64,000 nucleotides of DNA from Antedon mediterranea. Lineage: Eukaryota; Animalia; Echinodermata. Both the position numbers and the translations under genes were made by a program. A model generated the notes under the pieces. It searched no databases, was not told the origin of the DNA, and saw nothing but the letters and a program-made list of their open reading frames with translations. Position 1 is the stretch's first letter. Every line of letters begins with the position of its first letter. The stretch covers positions 6,526,422 through 6,590,421 of the forward strand of contig NC_092678.1 in the NCBI RefSeq assembly GCF_964355755.1, read 5' to 3'. Shown here one piece after another: positions 10,698-23,195 of this stretch.

Positions 10698-12329
10698 AAT
10701 ACATTAGACCTCCTGTTCTACATATTCTGAAGAACGGGAAGCACATCATAATGTAAAAGTGACTTTGTTGTGTTACTTGTAGCTTTATATTAGAAATTTA
10801 AATATTATATCTGTGTATGCATCCACTGGCATAAATAGTTAGAAATCCTTTGCGTGCGGCTGTCATTCTAGGCCGGCAACTTTAACCAACAGAGGTCTTT
10901 GATGTTCAGACTAGGTAGCCTGAATCAACAGATCACACGTGCACAGAAGCTAGGCTTGTCAGCTTTTAAAGTTTGCCTAGCATTACAGCATTGGGTCTAG
11001 CCAGCGCTGTATTGGAATATTGTTTATACTGTGCAGTACTTGATATGGTTATGGCCCTTGGTTGTTCATTTAGGTCTTCTTCCTTTGATGTGTATGTTGA
11101 TTATCTCCAGGCTATATCCTTTGTAATCATAATTAAATATTATTAAAAGCAATGCATTGCACCTACACTTTTAATCCTCATACTAAGTCTAAGGATCAAT
11201 TCTTTCGGTATTACTGAAGTTGTGAGTGTTTGATTAAATATGTTCACACTGGAAGAATTGTTACCATAGCTATAATAATATAATTCTGTCGCATAGGGCA
11301 AAGTCAACATAAATTTGTTGCTTTGCTGCTAAAGGAACATCCACAAATTTGTTAGGTAAATTTGGCCATCTATTGGCGACTACTATTTATTGTGGGCTAA
11401 AACCATAACATGTATCAATATAAAAGCCCAATAATTCGTTAATTTACATACATGTGCAATAAAAATGTAAACCATATTTTTATTGTCTTCATAATGATCT
11501 TTTTCTGGTATTTTTAATTTGAATACCAAGTTTATATATTCGTGGGAATTGTTTCTGGGTACTGATTAGTTTGCGCATTTTTGTATGCGTCACGAAAAGT
11601 AAACGCATTAGCTTTCAATTTACCACGGAAAACTAGATTATAGAGAAAGTTGTAAAAAGTTTTATACCACTAATGTTGATAAACTTGTGTACTTCAATCC
11701 TATTCAGGGTATCATATAATATCCTTAGGCTGGTAAATAAAAACCTAGTTATTTTACACCAACTTAGGGAGTTGTACACCTGTTTTATGATTGTTTACAT
11801 TGAAGTTTTAAAGTTGATTAAAACTGCATATTCTAATAGTATCATCACTTTGTTGCAACATATTAATAAATCAAGACAAAGTGTGAGTCTAAGTGTGTTA
11901 TTAGGTTTTGTTATTTTGACAAATTCTACAAATTTTATAAATACATAATGGTCAAATGTCAAAGTCTTAAAAAAACTTTGCTTGAACTTAATAATTAAAC
12001 TTAAGCTCTACACGCGAGATAATTCAGCTGTATAAATGAATGCGATATGATTATTGGTCAGCTGTTTGTAGTCGTGTGCGGTGGATATTTTGTGAAGATC
12101 TCATCTTTATCGAACTTATTGCCATACTCATTCTTCTCAAAGTTATTTTTAGCTCAATATCTAAACAAATATTTTAAGATGTATCGCCCATCTCTACATA
12201 CCACCAATACGAAGTTTAACATCTACATTTTGGAGACGTATTATTTTTAAAAATTAGATCTCACATTGACTTATTCGTTGAGGGCGTTAAATTGTCGCTA
12301 TGCAATCAAATTTGAATCATACTATGAAA

Positions 12330-12410
12330 GCCCCAGTCTAATGGTAGGATGTCTACATATCAAGCAGAAGGTCCTTGTTCGAATCTCGGTTTGAGCAGCT
12401 TTTCTTCCTT
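12330..12410 (+). mobile_element. tRNA-derived SINE head, copy 2
   Basis: gtctaatggtaggatgtctacatatcaagcagaaggtccttGTTCGAATCT is homologous to 1081-1155. Confidence 0.7.
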
Positions 12411-12483
12411 ATGTATCACTGAGTTTCTCTGTCTGTAAATGTATGTATTAATTTCACTAGTCTGTTTAGAGTTTGCTATAATT

Positions 12484-12646
12484 AGCTATGTCTACACTAT
12501 CAAACTAGTTTGACCAAAAAGTATGATGTGCCCAAAAATGTAGTGATATGCTAAAATTTGGTAGTGATAGCACATCATCATTTCCATATATGGGCACAAT
12601 CATCACATTTTTTTGTCACATAAAGATTGATAGTGTAAACAGAGCT
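12484..12646 (+). mobile_element. MITE family B, complete copy (about 163 bp)
   Basis: TIR agctatgtctacactatcaa / ttgatagtgtaaacagagct; the 3' flanks of the family copies are TAA or TTA; five copies in the window. Confidence 0.85.
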
Positions 12647-13093
12647 TAAAACTACACAAGGCTTTGATTGCATGATACCCAATATACACCCTAGATAAGT
12701 ATTTAACCTGGGAATAGGCTCAAGTGTTTTTATATTGCTGCTAACAAAAACCTCACAACCTGTTTTTGGGCTCTTCAAAGTGTTAAGTGGTTTATAAAAT
12801 TTGTCAAGCACTCTGAAATCCCATTGTCCAAGTTGATGTCCAAAGAATTGGTGTTATTCTTTCGGGAAACTAAACAAATTATCGGAAGTACCAAATCAGA
12901 ATTTTAGGCTGCTGATGTACTTGTTCTTAAGTGCCATTGGTGTTGGAATGGGTGTACTCACAAGTCAAAATCAATACAAGAATTGTTATGTATATTATAT
13001 CCTTGAAATAGAAATAAAATCCTCATATACAGTATATTTTGCCTAAATATTCAATAGCTATTCCTGTATTCTCCATTTTATTTCTAAGTATTA

Positions 13094-14343
13094 GGCCAAA
13101 TAAAAAAATATACTTGTTAAGCGTCACACCCTCATAAATTTTCAGGGGCGGGGGGACGGTTTTTTTTTTTTTTTTTTACTTTTTATAGAGGTATATTTTT
13201 GCGCGGTGGACGTTTTGCCCACTTTTTTTAGGACGAAACTTCAAACTTTTAAAATGCGAAACAGAACAAAATTGACTATGTATGAAATATTATTGCTTAT
13301 GACAAAATTGAGTTTTGTATTGTTTATATCCAGACGTAATTAAAACATTAAATTTAATTGCCACCAAGCGAAATTGTAGGCCCTAGGCTAACTAATCCGT
13401 CCAAGCTGCTACCCCCACCTCACTCATCGGCCATCCGCCGTCTTTCGCTCGACTAATCTATCCAGGAAATTCCCTATCACGAGAAGCATGATTTGGTCTC
13501 AATAATACTAAATAGTGGGCTGATTTATAGTTTGAAAACAGCTTACGGCATTTCTTAAGAATTTTTATTCAACGTATTCATTCTTCTTTGATGAATCCTT
13601 TGCCAATTGCTGTGTAAATCAGTATTTAAAGTTGCGATGCAAAAAGTGTATGTAATTATTCAACAGGTAAACCAGGCATGAAACCCATCGCCCAACAGAG
13701 AACCTTGTGGTGTGCCGATCTCGAGCGTGAGATCATCGTAAACAAAATTGGTAGAGTTCATTATGTATGGGGTGTTTCCTATTTACGAACCTATAAAAAA
13801 ACGCGCTTCGACCACTGTGTAGGCAAAATATTTATTTCGTTAAATCCCTAAATTGATAATCGCGTATTCTGTAATCACGTGACTGATGATGTTATCCTCA
13901 GCGACGTACTAAATGCACATGATTTAATGTGTTGGGGAAAAAGCTTGCTGTTTACCACATTACATGATTCACGGTGCTATTCGCGTTTCCTTGACGTAAA
14001 TCGGCGGCGTGTAAATGAAACAATTGTTTTCACCAAATTGCCGTTGTCGACATAGAGCGATCGACGGCTAGCGTTGTCTAAGCTAAAAAGTACGTATTTT
14101 TCAAAAATTACACTAGCCTAACAAACATTTGCTAGTTTTGAAATTTTCAAATAGCAATTATGAAGAATCTACTAGCAAAATGCTAGTTTGCTAGCGTGAA
14201 GTTCGAGCCCTACTCTGGAGCTGGGCAGGGCCGCTGAACTTTCCGTTGTATATCGGTAAAAAAAAAAAATAAATAAAAAGAGAGGCGGCTGGATAATCAG
14301 GAGCGGGCGGTGACGCTTAACAAGTATGTTTTTTTATTTGGCC
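13094..14343. mobile_element. 1250-bp non-autonomous DNA transposon with TTA TSD (PIF/Harbinger- or Zator-type)
   Basis: About 34-bp TIR ggccaaataaaaaaatatacttgttaagcgtcac / gtgacgcttaacaagtatgtttttttatttggcc; TTA at 13091-93 and 14344-46; CpG-richer interior with no ORF in the track. Confidence 0.9.
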
Positions 14344-17300
14344 TTATTAGGGGGAGCTTTTATCAGTACACTACACTATTATCCCTGGGGAACTTTTTTG
14401 GGTCCCAAAATAGTACTAATAGAGGTACTAATATACAACTAGAATAACATATCAAAAATAGAAAAACAAGTTTTACATACTGTATATTTTTTCCAGATAT
14501 TCTCTAGCTATGAAATTCTTGTACTGATCTTAACCATTCTTTATTTTATCTAGCTATTTTTTTTTTCTTTCAAAAAGTTTCTTAAAATAGTTTTATTTCA
14601 CTATAATCATTAAAATAAAATATGATTTTTTACAACCATCCTCAGGTTCTTACAACTTTATGTGTAAAGATTCTCATCAATCTTTTTCTTAATCTCATGT
14701 TGATAGGAAAATGATTGCACAAAGGAGTTTAGTTGAGGAGATTATAAAAACAATAATATTTTTAGATTGATTTTCATGACGCTAATCAAACATTTTTTCT
14801 TCTTTTTTTACATGTCATTGCTTTGTCTTGTTGGCTGATTACCCACCATGCTTCATCCTGATCACTGTTGCAATACACGCGTCTGTCGATATTGCTTAAT
14901 TACCTCACGGCAGGTAAGTAACGAAACACTGAATTATCCGACCGTTATCTATTTGTTCAGGCTACTGGTACATCAACAGGCCTAGGCTGTCCAGCCGTGA
15001 TTCGCAACAGTTCCAGCTTGAGCTGGAAACATTCGTGCCGAGCTGTTGCGGGTTGTTGTGGAGCATGAACCCGGCGGCCACATGGGGCTTACATAATTGT
15101 ATACATTCCAAACAGTCAAATTCAGATTTGTCCTGTGTTTAGTTGCATTGATTTATGCTATATGTGGATGTTGGTATGCTTACAAGTTTAAATTTATACC
15201 GAGTTAGGTTATCTTACCTCTATACCTTGATTCAAGATTATAACAGGGGTTACGATCATTCTACTTCCGAATTTGAAACCCTTATACATGCTTATTCGTG
15301 TATCTTAAATCATTTTATACATACGCAATCACGGTAGATGAAAATGCATGATCTAATCCTCATTCATGTACGTCTCCAGCTGAAACTCTCTACTAATCTT
15401 CTCAAACAATTGCCTTTACCCACATAATGTTGCTACAGTAGTAGTGTCCACTTAATAGAGGTGTCCCATGAATAGAAATTACCTGTAGCCTTAAATCATA
15501 TTGCCCTTTGTTCATTTCATGGGAAAGTGAGACCTGAAAACCTCGCATATTGTTTTTAAATAGTAAGTAAAAGGTCTAAAATAAAAGACTACATTTAGAT
15601 AACAAAAAAATCTTAAAAGAATTGTATGTATTATAGGTTTTTGTAAATGTTATTTATTTCAAAAAATTAGATGAAGTTGTTGAATATTTAATATATAATT
15701 TTAGAAAATAGTTTATTAGATTACTATTTCTTCTATAATTCAGTGTTAAAGAATATAGACAGCACCCTCTACAATGCTTAGCAATGACAGCTGTCAGACC
15801 GCTATCAATGTGATCTTATTTTAAGTAGAAATTAGTATATTCCTCTAGCTTGTTGTTACCTCTATTGTTTAAACATTCCCTACCATTATTTCCAGATTCA
15901 ATACAGCACATGAATTTTGTTTAGTTGGAGAAATAAAAATAACATGCCAATCAATGATATAATAATTTCATCATTTTTTTTAGTAGAATTTTATATTATA
16001 ATAATTTCAACAATCCAATCCGATTTAGACAGCTTTTTGGGCCCAACGTTTTTATGGACAAGGGTAGAGTAAGAATAAATATTTCTATAGGATGTGCTTA
16101 TCCATGATCGGTATAATAATTCTTAAGTTTTTAATAAAAGTTTTTGATGGCGGTCCGTTTGGATTCAGCTGGGCTTTTGGGGCTGAATTTTACCTGGCAA
16201 ATTTGCAGGTCCCTTGTTTCAGATAAAGACAAAAGATTTTAGGAGAAATCTATGAAAATCATACTACTTTCGTGCACAAATTTAAGTTGTTATCTGGTGC
16301 CATTCTTTTTTCGTGAATGATTCAAGGAAGGATGTTTTCAGTTTTTTGCAAATAACAATTTTGTAAACACAGTCTGACAAACACTATAATTTACTTTCTA
16401 TATAGTGAATTTGTTATTGTAGTTTAAATCCCACATTCTATTATTATCACCTGAAAAATATATTATTTTGCTGTCATTCTGAGATATCTAAAGCCTAGAG
16501 GAATGAAAATGTTATTTAAATCCTCAATATTTCATTTTGCTTTTTTCTAAAATTTAAAATTATATCTTGTTTACTCCGAGAACATATGAATTATTATTAG
16601 AAAGTTTAATGGTTTTCCTGTGTTTTGACATAAAATTAATCACGAACTGGAAATATCAAGGTCGATTTAATATGATCATTTATCTTACATTTCTTGTAAT
16701 TTCTGTATCTTGTTAAAATGAAAACACTGAGATGCATTTTCACTGGAGCTAATAAAGCGTGTAGTGAATTCTTCTGTTTTTTACCTAAGAGCTCTCGGGG
16801 GAGTGAGTCAAGTTTAGCTAATGAATTTGTCTCGTTCTACTCGGTAGTGAAAAACAATTGAATTAAGGCCCACTTTGGTGGCTTGTGAGGAAGTATTAGA
16901 TAGCCTGAAAATCTAATATTAAGCAGTTAATTGGTTTATAAATGAATCAACGATTCACACTAACCGTTCTCGGTCTGTCTGATTTTCTTTGAAGTTGCTA
17001 ATATAATGTGATACATACCGAGAGAGCACGACAATTTAAGCGTTGAATCACGCGGCACGGTTTGTATTGTGATATTTTACACGCTGAATCACGAAGTCCG
17101 GGTTCATCTTTATGCTAATATACTTGAAGGATCAAAACACACTTGATCTTAACGCACACCTATCTAGTTCCCATAATAGCTAAAAAGAAACATTTGTTTA
17201 TATTTGTATTAGTATAGAGCATTGTTTCTTATAGACATAATTATTTTTATTTACAAATTGCTAATATTTGTATATTTATTATATATTTATTTATATAGTT

Positions 17301-17786
17301 TATTGACCAAAAAATAATAATTTATATAATATACAATTAGTATTTTGATAGTAAAGTATAAAATTTAACTGACAGACGAAACTGTCTGGAAACGTAAGTT
17401 AAATTTGTTATTTACTATCAATGAACTATATATCAATATACTAATCAAAACCACTACAATTTAATTTATATTTTAATTTATTCTTCATTATTGTATGGTA
17501 ATATTTTTTTCCAAATTGCATAAATATTAATATTTAAAATCAATTGTTTCCTTTTTTTTCGTATTAAATATGATAGTTTTATTCAATTCAACGTTCAACA
17601 CATGGCTTGCATTGTCATAATATTCAAGAAAACATCACATTATAATTTTCATATATTTATTGATTTTACTATATATTTCAGACTGAATATTTCAGTCACT
17701 GCCACAGTACCGGTAGTCTACTCATATATAATGGCTTATTGAAGGGCACTGTTTTTCTAGTGCCTTGGTAAAATTGTATTCTAATT

Positions 17787-18971
17787 GTAGAACCACTCGT
17801 TTGGGACACTTTTCCATGAAATCAATGAGGATATATATTAATGCTAATCTCCCAACCTCTATTCAGAGGACGCCCTTATTAACGGACACTTTCCAACCAA
17901 ATTAATGAACAAATATATATTTTAACACATTCCAATCTCTATTCAGGGGACACTCCTATTAAAGGAACACTTTCCCATGATATTAATGAAGAAATATATA
18001 TTTTAAGACTAATCTTCCAATTTCTATTCAGGGGACACTCCTATTAAAGGGACACTTTCCCATGAATGAATGAAGAAATATATATTTTAACACTAATCTT
18101 CCAATCTCTATTCAGGGGACACTCCTATTAAAGGGACATTTTCCCATGATATTAATCAAGAAATATATATTTTAACACTAATCTTCCAATCTCTATTCAG
18201 GGGACACTCCTATTAAAGGGACACTTTCCCATGATATTAATGAAGAAATATATATTTTAACACTAATCTTCCAATCTCTATTAACGGGACACTCCTATTA
18301 AAGGGACATTTTCCCATGATATTAATCAAGTAATATATATTTTAAGACTAATCTTCCAATCTCTATTCAGGGGACACTCCTATTAAAGGGACACTGTCCC
18401 ATGATATTAATCAAGAAATATATATTTTAAGACTAATCTTCCAATCTCTATTCAGGGGACACTCCTATTAAAGGGACACTTTCCCATGATATTAATGAAG
18501 AAATATATATTTTAAGACTAATCTTCCAATCTCTATTCAGGGGACACTCCTATTAAAGGGACACTTTCCCATGATATTAATGAAGAAATATATATTTTAA
18601 GACTAATCTTCCAATCTCTATTCAGGGGACACTCCTATTAAAGGGACACTTTCCCATGATATTAATCAAGAAATATATATTTTAAGACTAATCTTCCAAT
18701 CTCTATTCAGGGGACACTCCCATTAAAGGGACACTCCTATTAAAGGGACACTTTCCCATGATATTAATGAAGAAATATATATTTTAAGACTAATCTTCCA
18801 ATCTCTATTCAGGTGACACTCCTATTAAAGAGACATTTCCCCATGATATTAATGAAGAAATATTTATTTTAACACTAATCTTCAAACCTCTATTAAGATG
18901 GACACTTTCCTATTAAAATTTGAAATATATTTCAACACTAATCTATTTTCCTCTTAATAAGAGGTTGACTG
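17787..18971 (+). mobile_element. MITE family A copy expanded by an internal tandem array
   Basis: Left end gtagaaccactcgtttgggacac and right end cctcttaataagaggttgactg-TA enclose the 85-bp array. Confidence 0.75.
17845..18945. repeat. 85-bp tandem repeat, about 13 units
   Basis: Unit ttccaatctctattcaggggacactcctattaaagggacactttcccatgatattaatgaagaaatatatattttaagactaatc. Units start at about 17930, 18015, 18099, 18184, 18269, 18354, 18439, 18524, 18609, 18694, 18796 and 18881; the unit from 18694 carries a 17-bp internal duplication. Confidence 0.97.
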
Positions 18972-19280
18972 TATTGTTTTTAAAAGAACATTGTCTATTT
19001 TATAGTTTACCTTGCAGAAGTTAAAAAGCTTCAGTATACTTTACTACTTGATGTAATAACATCACATTTATGTCCTTATTATAATTACATTGAGCACTTA
19101 CCATCCACAAGGTTGAGATATTTAATAGAATGTTATACCGCATTTTTAAAAGGTATATCTTAATACAAAAATGTCCGTAAATGAATCTAATTGGTTTGTA
19201 GCTTGAAGATTTTGCAGTTTTTCATAAAATACTCATTGAAAGCAACCTTGAAATATATATACATTATTTTGTGTTACTTA

Positions 19281-19418
19281 AGCTTAAGTTTGACAAACAA
19301 ATGTTGCCAAATATGGTAGTGATATGCTTAAATATGGTAGTGATATGATATCATCATGTCCATATATGGGCACACCACATTATTTTGTTGTATAAAATTT
19401 GATAGTGTAGACCGAGCT
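19281..19418 (+). mobile_element. MITE family B copy with truncated left end
   Basis: atatggtagtgatat x2, catatatgggcaca, and end ttgatagtgtagaccgagct-tta. Confidence 0.8.
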
Positions 19419-21143
19419 TTAGCTTTTCTTGTATGTGACATTAGGGGTAGGATTACAAATTACAAAATCTGTAAATATAGATTTATAGATAATTACTTTT
19501 TCAAATATTTTTTTTTAATTAAAAAATATATTGCAGTAATTAATTTGCAGCTAAAGCTTTTGCAATTTTTCATTTAAAAACAAAGATACCATGAAAACAT
19601 ACATTGATTAAAATATATGGTAATATTAAAACTTTACTGTAAAAACTTTCATGAACTGAATTAGTTTAATTTAATATCATATTAATTTTATTGTCATAAA
19701 CAGAAATTCTGCAATTTAATTATATATTTTCTAAACATAAAATAGCCAACAACATATTGATTTTGGTATTTATTTTTAATTTGTTTAATCAATAAAATAG
19801 ATTGGTATATATAATAGACGTTGTGTCTCTACCATGGAGATATCATGTAATATGGCATAACTTTATTCTACCTTTACCATGCCTTATGCTCAAATTAATA
19901 ATTTAATTAACTAATACTTGTATGACTATAATAATATATTTCTTCAGTATTGATTGAAAGATGTTTTATACATGATATGTAGAAATGATTTGATATAGAA
20001 TGAGATGTTTTGTATACGACCTTGAGTAATTTAGAAAAGAATTATATTACATTCGCTATAAATATATTAGTATCTTCGAGCTTCGTTTTATATATTATTG
20101 ATAGCAATTGATTATACAGGTATAAATATACCATTGATCAATATTCACAATATATAATATTCTTGATAATATAATATTCTTTTGAATTCATCTTATATAA
20201 ACCATACTTAACTTAAATACATATTTCAAATGGTTATTAAAATAAATGATATAACAAAATTATAGTTAATAATCCTGCAATAATATTAAATATTAAGTCA
20301 CAGTAGTATGTACAGACTTTTTTTGGACAAACTCACTGGCTGAATGGCCGGTCATTTTGACTGAAAATAAGTCCAGTGCAAACGCTTTTTATAACTTCCT
20401 CTCGTGGCTAAAATTTTACCGAGCGAAATTTATAACTGAGCTAGAAATTTCACTGCAACCATGTAGACATAGTATTCTAAATATTTAATTTTAAGATCCA
20501 ATTTGTTTAAAATGTAAAAACTTTGACCATTAAATGTGAATGAAGGTTTGATCGGACTGAACCATTGTTAGTTTAAAATTAATTTTATTCATTGTTTTGA
20601 CTAGATTGCATTTTCAGTAACGTAGTACTGCTTTTCAAAATGGTCCAGTTACAAGGTTTAAAAGTTAAAAAAATTAGGGATTAAATAAGACTTTATTTTA
20701 TACCACTTTGTATATACATAAAATTGGTGTTGTGTGAGTCCTACCTTATAATGTAATAGGTGCAGTTTAGAACCTCATCAAACAATTAGGGAAATAAAGA
20801 GTTAAGATGGTATAATCAGATAATTGTCTGTTAGATAATTTTTTAAACAGTTGCTGTAAATAGTGTGGTGGTAAAACAAGTAATTTCTATTTGAAGTAAT
20901 TACAATTTAAAAGGCAATAGTCCGTAAACATAGTCCAAAAAAATAAATAAATAAATAAATTTAAAAAATAAAAAAAAATTTAGTTAAGTATGATGTTTGC
21001 ACACCAAGAGACGCACCCCCTGGCGCATATACCCATGTGGTCCTTTGTCAGTATTCATCCAGATCCAGATCACTCATAACAAAATGAGTGATAGTGGTGG
21101 TCTTGTAGGTATTGATTATAAAACAACATAGAAAGAAGAGAAT

Positions 21144-21435
21144 AAAAATATTATCATCATCCGTGGGTGATAATATTTTTTTATGTAGGTAAATTTGAAA
21201 AGGGCAATATATTCAATTTATGCAGAAATATTATTTTCATTCATAAGTTTGGTTGTTTTATTCCATTTTATAGTAACATTATTTAGTTTCAACTTTACAA
21301 TATCAAAATACTACAATATCAAGTGATGACATCATCATCTGTGGGTGATACTATTTTAATGTAGGTAAATTTAAAATCGACAATATAAATTAATGCAGAA
21401 ACATAGTTTCATTCATAAGTTTGGGAGTTTTATAG
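21144..21435. repeat. Diverged two-copy duplication, 178-bp period
   Basis: gtgggtgata...atgtaggtaaattt...atgcagaaa...ttcattcataagtttgg starts at both 21163 and 21341. Confidence 0.85.
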
Positions 21436-21452
21436 TTAGATGTACTTTAATA

Positions 21453-23195
21453 CAGGCCTCGAATTTGGGGATTTTAGGGGCAAGGCCATTTGGCCTCCGG
21501 TTTTCATTGATTTTAGGGGCACCAAGGCCAAATGGGAGGGCACCAAGGCCATTTGTTTTAAATCAAAGGGGCACCAAGGCCAAAATTAAAAAATATTTTA
21601 ATAACTAGGCCAAAATTTAAAAATAGCTTGTTTCCGGTTGAGGGTGGAATTTTTTTCAAAAAAAAAAATTCTACCCGCAAAATGTTTTGGGATTTCTCCC
21701 TATTCATCAGATCGCGGAGTAGTAGTAGGACTGTCTTCTACAATACATCTGTTTGTATTTCATATAAATATTACGTGTATTTACGATCCATATAAATAAT
21801 AAATAGGTACGATGTTCAGCGTTTATAGTTTACCGTCCTGTGTTGAATGTTTCGTTTAGTTTCAAATAATGCGATAAAAAGGCATGTGAAGCCAACCAAT
21901 TAAGGCCCGGAACAGGTATAAAAACCCTTACAACAGCAAGCTACTCAGCCTTACTTAGCTAGCAGCCGACGGAGAAAACATGATACAAAAACAATTTGTT
22001 TGTAGGCCTTACCTACAACTATTCATACAGAGTGTTAACCACGGTAAAAATCAAGTCAATTACATTATGTAGTAGAATATAAATTATAGTTATTTTCCGA
22101 GTTTCGATTTCTGAAGCTTTTTTGTTAGTACAGTATAACCCATATTTATAAGAATTCAAAACACGGACGGACACCGACCCCTTTCTCTCTCTTTTTAGCC
22201 TTCGGCACGTGTATTCTGGACTATACCATTTCCTTGAATTCGGTAAAAACGCGTTTGGTAATTTAGTGTACGACGTTGTTAAACAAGATTTTTCGATGAT
22301 CTGTCTGCTGGATTATTGAGATGGGTGCGATAAAATATAAATATGATATACTTCCAACGATCTTCGGGTTGAGGTGCAGGTTTAACTTTGGTGCTAAAGG
22401 TAAACAAACACCCCTAATTTTACACGTATAATGGACTACACCATGCAGGAACGCACATGGTATTTTCTTCTCAGAGGGTGCGTGTACGTCAAAAGGAATT
22501 GTTTTTTCAACGATCCGCTGATCCTCCGCGCGTACTCGCTCTCACACGACGTTATTGTGTGTGAAATTTCTTATCAGAGGGTGCGTGTGCGTCAAATAGA
22601 ATTGTTTTCCCAATGCATTGAATTGCGTGTGTTCGACCGGATCGGCGGCGGGAGGATAGGCTAGGCTAGCTAGGAGTCGAGTGCGTGTAATATTTTTTTC
22701 ATCGAAGGCGGCTAGCTCGATTATTGTGCGACTTTAATACTTTCAGTAACCTCCGATCGAGGAACGTTTTTAGCTTGATTATTAACAGTTTACACCCCTG
22801 TATTTTAATGTACTATCTATACCATGATTTACCACGCACGGCGGCCGGGATGATATTGTTTTAGTTACCCTATTACAATGTTCGATGTTTTGTTTACTGT
22901 TTGCGGGACTGTTTGTGTATTAATAAATGCGTTTAGGGAAATCCCCTTGCAACGAAGAGAGGCGATAGTTTTGCGTCTCGTCCGAGTCGTGTAAACAAAT
23001 CTTCTTGACATTATTTTCTATCTAATTCAGTGGTTTTTATTGTGGTAAAACTCGGGAAGGGCGCTCGCGGCCAACGCAAAAAAAAGGGCAGGCCAGTAGT
23101 GGCCGTGGGTGTTATTCATTTTCGAGGGCATTGAGGCCAACTGGGAGGGCACCGACGGCACTGGCCGCGGTGGCCGCGGTAAAATTCGAGGCCTG
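21453..23195. mobile_element. 1743-bp non-autonomous DNA transposon with hAT-like CAGG termini
   Basis: Perfect 14-bp TIR caggcctcgaattt / aaattcgaggcctg; subterminal gggcaccaaggcca repeats; the flanks share only TA. Confidence 0.88.

Noticed and set aside
11500-12260. CpG-richer stretch that looks like a decayed DNA transposon interior
   Set aside because: I could not identify paired TIRs or a TSD.
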